DNA of 32,548 bases from Bacteroidota bacterium (GCA_024278155.1 JAJRTT010000035.1:1-32548); one strand, 5' to 3'; numbered from the stretch's first letter, positions 6,830 through 14,978 are shown. Numbers and translations: made by a program. The notes: generated from the sequence alone by a model not told the origin.

Positions 6830-7771
6830 TCAATATAAAAATCGTGTTATCTGACCGGCTTCTACCATTACGAACCTGAAAACCAAACCTCCAATAAGGA
6901 TAAAAGTTGAAGGGATCCAGATGGGCACATGATAGCCCCTTAGTTCAAGGATTTCCATTATCGCAGGGAAAATGAGCCCAAGTACTACAACAAATGCCCA
7001 GAAAGTAACCGTGAAATCACCTCCGAGGAATAGTTCTGCCGCTTCGATTTTTGCTGCCGATCCTGCAAGGAACCCCATGAACATATGTGTAATGAGGAAA
7101 AGCTCAACTGTAATCAATATTAAATCAATACGGCCCAAAACTTTTCTTTCGTATTTGCTCTTCGATATCATCATTGTGAAAGCCAGTCCGGTCGAAAGCC
7201 CTGAAACCAAAAACAGAGGCCCTAAAATGGATGTGTTCCACAATGGCCTGGCATTAAAGGCAGATAATAAAATCCCCGTATAAACCCCAAGGATAATGGC
7301 AAGGGCCATGATTGTCCAGGCCATGGTTTTCCTGTATTTGATGGCAAATGCCTCAAACTTGTTCAGGATTTCAAATTTCCAGTCCCACCTGGGGAACATC
7401 TCTTTCATATACGAAGCTACCCATATCACTGAAAGGGGTGTTATGAACATCAATGTCCAGGCACCCCACGACATGGGCGATGTAAACCTTACCGTGGTAT
7501 ATAACCTCCAGAAGTAGAGTTGGTGTTTCAGGTCGAGGAACAAAGCAAATAGTCCAAGGGCCAGGGCAAACGGGGCAAGCAAAGGTGCCCACTTTACGCT
7601 TGCCTGCATATCCTTTTCTTTTTGCATCACAACAAAATACCCCGCAAAAAACAATATTCCGGCAGCAAGGCCGCCCAGGAACAGATACAATGGGATTTGC
7701 CAGTGCCAGATGTGCAGATAAGGATCTATGTTGGGGATATTGCGCCCGCTTACAAATAATTCTTCTTTCAT
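6830..7771 (-). CDS. NrfD/PsrC-type integral membrane anchor subunit of a molybdopterin oxidoreductase
   Basis: The protein is 313 aa with about 8 predicted TM helices. Its position is immediately downstream of the FeS subunit. The N-terminal PYLHIWHWQIPLYLFLGGLAAG motif is typical of the polysulfide reductase NrfD family. Confidence 0.8.
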   Translation of the reverse strand: MKEELFVSGRNIPNIDPYLHIWHWQIPLYLFLGGLAAGILFFAGYFVVMQKEKDMQASVKWAPLLAPFALALGLFALFLDLKHQLYFWRLYTTVRFTSPMSWGAWTLMFITPLSVIWVASYMKEMFPRWDWKFEILNKFEAFAIKYRKTMAWTIMALAIILGVYTGILLSAFNARPLWNTSILGPLFLVSGLSTGLAFTMMISKSKYERKVLGRIDLILITVELFLITHMFMGFLAGSAAKIEAAELFLGGDFTVTFWAFVVVLGLIFPAIMEILELRGYHVPIWIPSTFILIGGLVFRFVMVEAGQITRFLY

Positions 7772-7898
7772 CTGTTATAATTTAATAATTCGTTAATGTT
7801 TGTATTCGGCAGACTACTTTGTACAGGGCAAATTCCCGGGACATTGGTCAGACGGATGCAAATATGGCTATTCATTTTATTTTGATTTAGGTTCAATG

Positions 7899-8432
7899 TC
7901 AAGTCAGGAAATATAACTGTGGCTTTGTTCCGGCTTCGGGTGCCAATACCTTCCACCTCCTGTTCTTCAGTGCTTTGGAAACATCACTGTTGGGATCGTC
8001 GAGGTCGCCAAAATGCAAACATTTCGTTGGGCAAACTTCCACGCAGGCCGGATTTTGTCCCTTGTCGAGCCTATGTTTGCAGAAAGTGCATTTGTCAACA
8101 TATCCTTCTGGATGGGAATAACGTGCATCATAAGGGCATGATTCAATACAGGCGCCACAGCCGATACATTCATTGTGTGTAACCATAACAATTCCGCCCT
8201 CCACAATATGGCTCGCCCCGGTTGGGCAGCATCTTACGCAAGGGGCATTATCGCAGTGGTTGCAACGTTCCGAGCGCAATTCGATTTCCACGTTCGGATA
8301 ACTCCCGCTCACATTTTCAACGATCCAGTCCCTGCAATATCCGTGAGGGACATTGTTTTCTGTTTGGCAGGCAACCACACAGTCACCACAGCCTACACAT
8401 TTTTTTGTGTCAATAGCCATTGCATATCTCAT
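7899..8432 (-). CDS. 4Fe-4S ferredoxin-type electron-transfer subunit (PsrB/PhsB/NrfC-like)
   Basis: It has four Cys clusters: CVGCGDCVVAC, CNHCDNAPCVRCCP, CIGCGACIESCP and CTFCKHRLDKGQNPACVEVCP. Its ATG overlaps the upstream gene stop (ATGA at 8429-8432). Confidence 0.9.
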   Translation of the reverse strand: MRYAMAIDTKKCVGCGDCVVACQTENNVPHGYCRDWIVENVSGSYPNVEIELRSERCNHCDNAPCVRCCPTGASHIVEGGIVMVTHNECIGCGACIESCPYDARYSHPEGYVDKCTFCKHRLDKGQNPACVEVCPTKCLHFGDLDDPNSDVSKALKNRRWKVLAPEAGTKPQLYFLT

Positions 8433-8881
8433 GACTCAACCTCCTCTTTTTTAGGGTTCCCTAATAAAAATGTAACAAAATTCCCTCTCATCCCGGTTCC
8501 ACCCATCACAGGGTCGGTCATAACATGTGTCACCAGTTCCGAATCGCTTGCGCCCTTTCCATAGGAACGCGACAATCGCTTTTCTTTGTGGCCAAAACCA
8601 TGGACCATGTAAACCGAATCCCAACGGATACGTTCGGTAACGCGAACTTTAATCGGGAAGGAGGAAACAACATCATCCTGGTTTTTCAGCCAAACCTTTT
8701 GGCCATTTTCGATTCCCCATATTTCAGCAACCCTTGGATTGACCCATAATTTGTTCTCGTCCATTAAATCATCGAGGTTGGGGTTATTTGTCGTACGACT
8801 GAATGTATGCATGGGTGCGCGGCCATAATTCAACCGGTAAAATCCTTCAGGGGGCTCTGGATGTGAAGTGTAATTGGGCAA
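8429..8881 (-). CDS. C-terminal fragment (molybdopterin-dinucleotide-binding domain) of the molybdopterin oxidoreductase catalytic subunit; same frame as 8990..10690
   Basis: The listed start is only the first TTG after an in-frame stop. Coding-like sequence (..NTGKIELYSTELDYEGFDP) continues upstream of it. The domain sequence includes VWLKNQDDVVSSFPIKVRVTERIRWDSVYMVHGFGH. Confidence 0.8.
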   Translation of the reverse strand: MPNYTSHPEPPEGFYRLNYGRAPMHTFSRTTNNPNLDDLMDENKLWVNPRVAEIWGIENGQKVWLKNQDDVVSSFPIKVRVTERIRWDSVYMVHGFGHKEKRLSRSYGKGASDSELVTHVMTDPVMGGTGMRGNFVTFLLGNPKKEEVES

Positions 8882-8989
8882 AGGATCAAAACCTTCATAA
8901 TCAAGTTCGGTAGAGTAAAGCTCTATCTTTCCCGTATTGGTGTTGAATTCAAAATCTTCAAGGTTTTGCAGGAAATAAAGATCGTCATA

Positions 8990-10690
8990 TTACCTGTCAA
9001 ACTTCTTCACCCCAATGCGTTTCATTTCTTCAAGGGATGAACCCACGTGTTTCAATTGCCAGTCCAATACTTCCTCAATCGAATCACATTTAAAATATTC
9101 ATCCAATCCCAAACGGCTTCCCAATTGCTTGGCTATCCACCAATTGGGTTTGGAGTCATATTTCGGTTTGGCCGCTGGCATCCGAAGTGCTAAAAACGGT
9201 TCACGATGGGGCGAAGTCCTTACAAAATCATAACGTTCCAGATAGGTACATTCGGGAAGGACCACATCGGCATAGGCCGTAATGTCCATGGGCATGGTAT
9301 CGATAACGACCAGGAATTCCAGGTTGTCGATTGCTTCGAGTGTTTTATTTTGGTCGGGCAATGAAGCGAGCAGGTTGGTCCCATAAACAATCCAAGCCCT
9401 CAATTGGTAATCCATGTCCGGGTTTGGGATGGTTGCATCGCAAATCCCTGTTGACAGCACTTCGTGAACAAGATTGTATTTTCCCGGAGGATAAGCATCT
9501 TTCCAAGTTCGGGATGGTTTGGGGTAAGGCGGTGAAGGGTATTTTGGGAGATGGACTTTTTCAGGAACATAAAATCCGCCCCTTCTTCCCCAGGAACCCA
9601 ATAATGCATTGAGAATGGCAATTGCCCTCGACCGTTGGGTGTCGTCGCCGTACCAGGTAACATGCCTTCCGGGGTGTACGATAACAGCAGGGGAGGCATA
9701 GGCCATCTCGCGTGCCGTTCTCCTTATTATCTCAGGTTCGATGGTGGTAATCCCAAAGGCCCATTCAGGGGTTTTGTCTTTTACATGTTCTTTGAGTTCA
9801 TCAAAACCAAATGCGTATTTCTTGATATATTCTTTGTCGTATAATTCTTCTTCGATAAGAACATGTGTCCAGGCAAGAAGTAAAGCAAGGTCGGTTGCGG
9901 GTTTTATGGGCAGCCAATATTTTGAGTGGGAAGCGGCCGTTGAAAACCTGGGATCAACGGTAATGATTGTTGCCCCATTATCAATGGCATCCGACATTTC
10001 CTGTATTTGGCCGTTGTGCATGTTTTCGCCAATGTGCGAGCCGATAAGTACCAGGCATTTGGTGTCCCTTATATCGGTTCTTTCCGGTGATTGGACATCT
10101 TCACCGTAAGTTGCCGTAAATGCAACTTCGCGAGGGCCGCGGCATTGTGCAAAAGACGGTGCGGAAATATTTGGGGAACCAAAGGCTTTTACTAAATGCC
10201 CCATGAGTTTGCCCCCGGTACCGTGTGAAAACAGGGCAACGCATTCGGGGCCATGCTCCTTTTTGATCTTCGACATTTTACTTGCGATCAGGTCAAGGGC
10301 TTCTTCCCAGCTTGCCTCCCGGTAGTATTGTGTGCCATTTTCTTTGGTTTCCCTTATCAATGGTGTTTTCAAACGGTCTTCATCGTGGTACATGCCTATT
10401 CCGCCCGTTCCCCTTGGGCATAACCTGCCGTTGCAGTGCGGGTCTTCTTTATTGCCAATGATTTTCCTTATCTCCCCTTTTTTGTCAACATAGGTCCAGG
10501 CCGCACATTTCCAGAAGCAAACCTCGCAAAAGGTTGGGTAAGGTGTCATGTCTTCGTCACTTACCGCTTCGTTTTTTTCGGCTGCATAGGCTGCATTTAT
10601 CCCGTTGAAGTTCAGCGAACTTAAACCTAATGCGATGGCTCCTGTACCGAGTGTCGAGATTTTTATAAACTGTCTGCGATTTGTTTTCAT
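8990..10690 (-). CDS. N-terminal 566 aa of a Tat-exported molybdopterin (Mo/W-bisPGD) oxidoreductase catalytic subunit, Psr/Phs-like; ends at a premature in-frame stop
   Basis: Twin-arginine signal MKTNRRQFIKISTLGTGAIALG. The N-terminal FeS motif is CEVCFWKCAAWTY...HCNGRLCPRG. The candidate Mo-ligand region is SFAQCRGPREVA. Total length across both fragments is about 750 aa, as expected for PsrA/PhsA-type enzymes. Confidence 0.85.
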   Translation of the reverse strand: MKTNRRQFIKISTLGTGAIALGLSSLNFNGINAAYAAEKNEAVSDEDMTPYPTFCEVCFWKCAAWTYVDKKGEIRKIIGNKEDPHCNGRLCPRGTGGIGMYHDEDRLKTPLIRETKENGTQYYREASWEEALDLIASKMSKIKKEHGPECVALFSHGTGGKLMGHLVKAFGSPNISAPSFAQCRGPREVAFTATYGEDVQSPERTDIRDTKCLVLIGSHIGENMHNGQIQEMSDAIDNGATIITVDPRFSTAASHSKYWLPIKPATDLALLLAWTHVLIEEELYDKEYIKKYAFGFDELKEHVKDKTPEWAFGITTIEPEIIRRTAREMAYASPAVIVHPGRHVTWYGDDTQRSRAIAILNALLGSWGRRGGFYVPEKVHLPKYPSPPYPKPSRTWKDAYPPGKYNLVHEVLSTGICDATIPNPDMDYQLRAWIVYGTNLLASLPDQNKTLEAIDNLEFLVVIDTMPMDITAYADVVLPECTYLERYDFVRTSPHREPFLALRMPAAKPKYDSKPNWWIAKQLGSRLGLDEYFKCDSIEEVLDWQLKHVGSSLEEMKRIGVKKFDR

Positions 10691-11197
10691 TCCGACTTCA
10701 TTTAAATATGTAATAAGCTACATAAGTGTATTTGTTGATGCAAAAATAGTTACAATTATGATAAATGTCATATGTCCATGTCTTGAGTGTGTATTTTGTA
10801 AAACACTGGTACACAAAACTATAAATATTGGCTTCATATATCTTTGAGAATGTAATGGACTGGTAGTTTGGAGATTACATTTCTTATTTAGAAGAAGTAT
10901 AAATTTCGCTTAAGCGCATATTTATAAGTAATTCTAAATTGCGGAAAACCTTTTGGGCCGAAGTTGGCATTATGCGGAAGCACTCCAGAAGGTTAACATT
11001 GTGAAGGAGTGGGGAATCACCCAGCTAACACAGCAGTCGTATTTTTTGTCTTCAGGCCTTTCATTGTTTGGGGATTTCTCCCTTGCACGCCATGGCCTGC
11101 GCATTGGGTTGAAATGACAACGAAGACGAGGGTAGCTCCCAATGAGTTTCAGGGTCTTCAGGCCATGTGAAATTGGATTTGTTAGGGGCAAAAAAAG

Positions 11198-12022
11198 TTA
11201 TTGTTTTATCCCGGTAGTGACTTTGCCCGTTTTGGTATCAAGTTCGGAACCGCCCATGGAATGGGGGATCATATACATCGAAAGCAGGACAATGGCGGCA
11301 ATGATTGGCCACAATCTGTTTTTCCTTTTTTTCCACAAAACCAGAATGGCAAACGTCCAAAACAGAAATGCGAAGATTGTTTTGTTGTCGGTCCAATCGC
11401 CACCAAAAGGCCAACCGGTCCAGTAATCGCCAAAAGCATATTTCTGGACAATAGGGCCAAGGATCAGTCCACCGATAAGTAAACAGATCGTGGTGACTTT
11501 TGCATAGCTAAAAGTCCGATGCCCTTTACCTATAGCTTCGATTCCGGTGCGCATAGAGTAAAGCATGGCCAGAAACATGAAGATTACATGGGGAATAAGG
11601 ATATACAAAGGAACGCCGCCTTTAAACCGGATCACGACCGGATCCTCCCTTAAAATTATTTCCCGGTCGCTGGAAACCACGGTAACTATATATTCAAGTT
11701 TTCCGGCGGGAGGTTGGTGAGGGAGGTTCGCAGACAAATAATCCCCATCATGCACCATGTTTATTTTCTCCCATTCATCCTGCGTTCGGTACTTCCTATA
11801 AGAGATAAACCCATTGATATTTTCAGGGACTTCAATTTTAACCCTTGCATCCTTTTTGCCTCCCCAACTTGTGATCAATTTGTAGGAGTAGCTTATCCCA
11901 TTAATTTCGATCTCTCCCTTTGTTGGATAAGTGGGCCCTGTGGTTTTCTGATAAACAGCAATCCCAACCGTAAATACAATGGCGAAGACCCATAAATATG
12001 TTGATTGTGTTTTTGAGATCAT
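11198..12022 (-). CDS. Conserved-looking 5-TM membrane protein with a periplasmic beta-rich domain and a Trp-rich loop (function unknown; WWD-like motif)
   Basis: The internal ATG at 12022 (MISKTQSTYLWVFAIVF...) forms an ATGA overlap with the stop of the upstream ORF. The listed 12196 start would add a non-membrane-like extension. TM helices flank the loop YAFGDYWTGWPFGGDWTDNKT. Confidence 0.65.
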   Translation of the reverse strand: MISKTQSTYLWVFAIVFTVGIAVYQKTTGPTYPTKGEIEINGISYSYKLITSWGGKKDARVKIEVPENINGFISYRKYRTQDEWEKINMVHDGDYLSANLPHQPPAGKLEYIVTVVSSDREIILREDPVVIRFKGGVPLYILIPHVIFMFLAMLYSMRTGIEAIGKGHRTFSYAKVTTICLLIGGLILGPIVQKYAFGDYWTGWPFGGDWTDNKTIFAFLFWTFAILVLWKKRKNRLWPIIAAIVLLSMYMIPHSMGGSELDTKTGKVTTGIKQ

Positions 12023-12384
12023 CCTGAATTGTTTACTGATTTTAAAGCTGCAAAAGTAGGGATTTTGTAAAAACCTTTGGTGTCGAAGTTGAACAGTGTG
12101 CTGGGGAATAGGCCCACGAGTAGTAAGAAAGGTTGAAATACAATTGACTTTTTCTTCTTTGCCAACAGGCATAAACTGTAGGGTGCCCGGATCCATCGCC
12201 GATACAATCTGTGAGTATTCATGATCTCCTCAATTTCCTTTTCTGTCAAATATATGAGGTAATGTTCTATTTCTTTCCTTTCCGGTACCAAGAAATCAAG
12301 TTTGCCAAAAAAGTTACTATTTAATTTATTTTGCATTTCCACCATGAAAGGCTTGATTTCATAATATTGTTCGTAAGCTCCCAA
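12019..12384 (-). CDS. Hypothetical protein, possibly truncated or frameshifted; start uncertain (TTG 12384 or ATG 12345)
   Basis: The ORF stop overlaps the ATG of the downstream gene (ATGA). I recognise no family motif. A second frame immediately upstream (MATFKPHLATFMDGGDFDTWELT...) looks coding but is out of frame. Confidence 0.35.
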   Translation of the reverse strand: MGAYEQYYEIKPFMVEMQNKLNSNFFGKLDFLVPERKEIEHYLIYLTEKEIEEIMNTHRLYRRWIRAPYSLCLLAKKKKSIVFQPFLLLVGLFPSTLFNFDTKGFYKIPTFAALKSVNNSG

Positions 12385-12562
12385 GTGTCGAAATCACCGC
12401 CATCCATAAAAGTAGCCAGGTGTGGCTTGAAGGTGGCCATGCTTTCAAAAACAGTATTGGTGAATTTTGCATTTGCTGGTTGAATCTGCCATAATTAAAA
12501 GCCTAACTAAGATTTTTTATTATGGTGTTGTTCAGGGTTTTTTCATAAAACCGGCATTTTTG

Positions 12563-12637
12563 TGGGATATAGTGGATTCGAACCACTGACCCCCGCCCTG
12601 TCAAGGCGGTGCTCTGAACCAACTGAGCTAATATCCC
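12563..12637 (-). tRNA. tRNA-Val (anticodon GAC)
   Basis: The reverse complement folds as a cloverleaf. The acceptor is GGGATAT/ATATCCC and the D arm is GCTC..GAGC. The anticodon stem-loop is CCGCC-TTGACAG-GGCGG. The T arm is AGTGG-TTCGAAT-CCACT. Confidence 0.93.
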
Positions 12638-12699
12638 CTGGCAATTTGCTGCAAAAATAGAAAATCATTTCAAATTCACAATCATTTACTTTGTTTTTA

Positions 12700-12707
12700 T
12701 ACTTTTG
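12700..12707 (+). promoter_or_regulatory. Bacteroidota-type -7 promoter box (TACTTTTG = TAnnTTTG) upstream of the dipeptidyl-peptidase gene
   Basis: It is an exact match to TAnnTTTG, 78 nt before the ATG at 12785. I found no good -33 TTTG at the standard spacing. Confidence 0.4.
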
Positions 12708-12784
12708 TCAAAAGTACGTGCTTTTGAATTAGATCCATTCCAGGACTTGGTTTGGGCATTTCCAAATAAACAAAATCTGGTATT

Positions 12785-14977
12785 ATGAAAAGAATTTCCA
12801 TCCTTATCCTTGTTTTTACCCTGTTTCAGGTTGTCGTACTGGGACAATCCGCGAAAAAGGAATTCACGCTTCAAAGTGTATTTCAATCACCCCGGTTTTA
12901 TCCGAAAGGGGTTTATGGCATCGTCCCGTTGAATGATGGGGAAAGTTATTGTGCCCTGGAATCGGACAGCATAATTATTTATGATTATAAGAGCGGGGAA
13001 AAAACAGGGATTATTGTGACCAAAGCTCAATTAATCCCAAATGGCGATACGGTTCCGATTTCGATGAGGGGTTTTCAATTGAGCAAAGATGAATCAAAAA
13101 TATTGTTTTCCACAAAAACAGAGCAGATATACCGGCATTCCACAAAGGCTGAATTTTATATTTATGACAGGGAAAATGAAGAATTGACCCTTTTGTCGAA
13201 TAGCGGGAAACAGCGCCTGGCCGATTTTTCGCCGGATGCTTCAAAGGTTGCATTTGTTCGCGGCAATAATATTTTCATCAAGGACTTGGTCACTGGATAT
13301 GAAGTGCCTGTGACGAAAGATGGGAGAACCAACAATCTTATCTATGGCACGACCGATTGGGTTTATGAAGAGGAGTTTGGGTTTACAAAAGCCTTTTTTT
13401 GGTCACCGGATGGAAATAAGATTGCATTTTACCGTTTTGATGAAAGCAATGTGAAAGAGTATCAACTGACCCATTGGGGCGATTTGTACCCTGAGTACCA
13501 TAAATACAAATACCCCAAGGCTGGCGAAGACAATTCCATTGTCAGTATCCATGTTTATGATCTTGAAACTGGTGAAACAAATACGATGGATACCGGATTG
13601 GAAACCGATATTTATATTCCGAGGATCAAATGGACGAATGACCCTACTAAACTGTCTATTCAATGGATGAACCGTTTGCAAAATGAATTGAAGATATTGG
13701 TAGCCGATGTAAATGAGGGGAAAACCAAACCTATCTATATAGAAACAAACAAGTATTATATTGATATTACCGATAACCTGAGCTTTCTGGAAGATAACGG
13801 GCGGTTTGTTTTTACAAACGAATCAGATGGGTACCACCATATATATATGTATGGCATGGATGGTAGTTTGATTACACAAATTACCCGGGGGAAATGGGAT
13901 GTGACAAGCATATATGGGATAGACGAAGACAGGGAGGTGATTTATTATGGCTCAAGTGAATCGTCACCTCTTAACAGGGACTTCTATCAAATTGGTTTTG
14001 ATGGGAAAGGGAAGAAGTTGCTTTCGGAAAAAGAAGGTGACAACAGAATCCAGTTTAGCAAGAAATTCAATTATTACATAAGTACTTATTCGGATGCCAC
14101 TACCCCTCCAATTATTACTGTCAATTCTTCAAAAGGCAAAGAGTTAAGGGTATTAAAGGATAATTCAGGCTTAATCGATACGTTGAACAATTATACCTAT
14201 AGCAATCGTGAGTTCTTTTCGTTCACAACAACGGGAGGGGTGAATTTGAATGGGTGGATGATCAAGCCTTTCGATTTTGACCCTTCCAAAAAGTATCCTG
14301 TTCTAATGTATGTATATGGCGGCCCCGGGTCCCAAACCGTGCGGAACAACTGGGGAAGCGGGGATTTGTGGTATCAGATGCTTTCGTCAAAAGGGATAAT
14401 CATTGTTTCGGTGGATAACCGGGGAACGGGTGCCCGTGGGGAAGAGTTCAAAAAAACAACCTATCTAGAACTTGGCAAATATGAAACCGAAGATCAGATA
14501 GAGGTTGCCAAATACCTTGCCTCGCTCGATTATGTCGATAAAGACCGGATCGGAATCTGGGGATGGAGCTACGGTGGCTTCATGTCCACTTCATGCCTCA
14601 CCAAGGGAGCCGATTATTTTTGCATGGGGGTAGCTGTGGCCCCGGTCACGAATTGGCGTTATTACGATAACATTTATACCGAAAGGTTTATGAGGACACC
14701 ACAGGAAAACCCTGAGGGATATGACGAAAATTCACCCATTAACCATGTAGAAAACCTCAAAGGGAAATTCCTTTTGATTCATGGAACTGCCGACGATAAT
14801 GTGCACATCCAGAATTCGATGGATCTGATCACTGCGCTGGTTGCGGCCAATAAGCAATTCGATATGCAGTTTTATCCCAATAGCAACCATGGGATTTATA
14901 CAGGGAAAAATACCCGCATTCATTTATATACAAGGATCACGGATTTTATTTACGATAATTTATTATTAAAAGAATAA
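12785..14977 (+). CDS. Dipeptidyl-peptidase IV (S9B prolyl oligopeptidase family), secreted
   Basis: Signal peptide MKRISILILVFTLFQVVVLGQ. An N-terminal beta-propeller region (DPPIV_N-like) is followed by a C-terminal alpha/beta hydrolase. That hydrolase carries the nucleophile elbow GIWGWSYGG, plus HGTADDNVH and NSNHGI for the Asp and His. Confidence 0.92.
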   Translation: MKRISILILVFTLFQVVVLGQSAKKEFTLQSVFQSPRFYPKGVYGIVPLNDGESYCALESDSIIIYDYKSGEKTGIIVTKAQLIPNGDTVPISMRGFQLSKDESKILFSTKTEQIYRHSTKAEFYIYDRENEELTLLSNSGKQRLADFSPDASKVAFVRGNNIFIKDLVTGYEVPVTKDGRTNNLIYGTTDWVYEEEFGFTKAFFWSPDGNKIAFYRFDESNVKEYQLTHWGDLYPEYHKYKYPKAGEDNSIVSIHVYDLETGETNTMDTGLETDIYIPRIKWTNDPTKLSIQWMNRLQNELKILVADVNEGKTKPIYIETNKYYIDITDNLSFLEDNGRFVFTNESDGYHHIYMYGMDGSLITQITRGKWDVTSIYGIDEDREVIYYGSSESSPLNRDFYQIGFDGKGKKLLSEKEGDNRIQFSKKFNYYISTYSDATTPPIITVNSSKGKELRVLKDNSGLIDTLNNYTYSNREFFSFTTTGGVNLNGWMIKPFDFDPSKKYPVLMYVYGGPGSQTVRNNWGSGDLWYQMLSSKGIIIVSVDNRGTGARGEEFKKTTYLELGKYETEDQIEVAKYLASLDYVDKDRIGIWGWSYGGFMSTSCLTKGADYFCMGVAVAPVTNWRYYDNIYTERFMRTPQENPEGYDENSPINHVENLKGKFLLIHGTADDNVHIQNSMDLITALVAANKQFDMQFYPNSNHGIYTGKNTRIHLYTRITDFIYDNLLLKE

Positions 14978-14978
14978 A

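Noticed and set aside
8990-8992. The in-frame stop in the molybdoenzyme could in principle be a selenocysteine or pyrrolysine recoding site.
   Set aside because: I read the codon as TAA, not TGA or TAG. It lies in the linker before the C-terminal domain, far from the Mo-ligand position where Sec occurs in this superfamily.
10970-11191. A 73-aa minus-strand ORF lies in the gap upstream of the reductase cluster.
   Set aside because: It starts at TTG and has Arg/Pro/Trp-rich composition with no motif. It coincides with the stem-loop-rich island, so it is more likely non-coding or a remnant. That island is treated as a finding instead.
10938-11197. The GC-rich island was considered as a TPP or cobalamin riboswitch because of AUAAUGCC- and CUGA-like strings.
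   Set aside because: The fragments are in the wrong order and spacing for the TPP core, and I saw no B12 box. The downstream genes are unrelated to thiamine or cobalamin.
12023-12196. The ORF track extends the 5-TM protein gene upstream to 12196.
   Set aside because: The extension overlaps the upstream ORF and is not membrane-protein-like. The ATG at 12022 forms an ATGA junction and is followed directly by the first TM helix.
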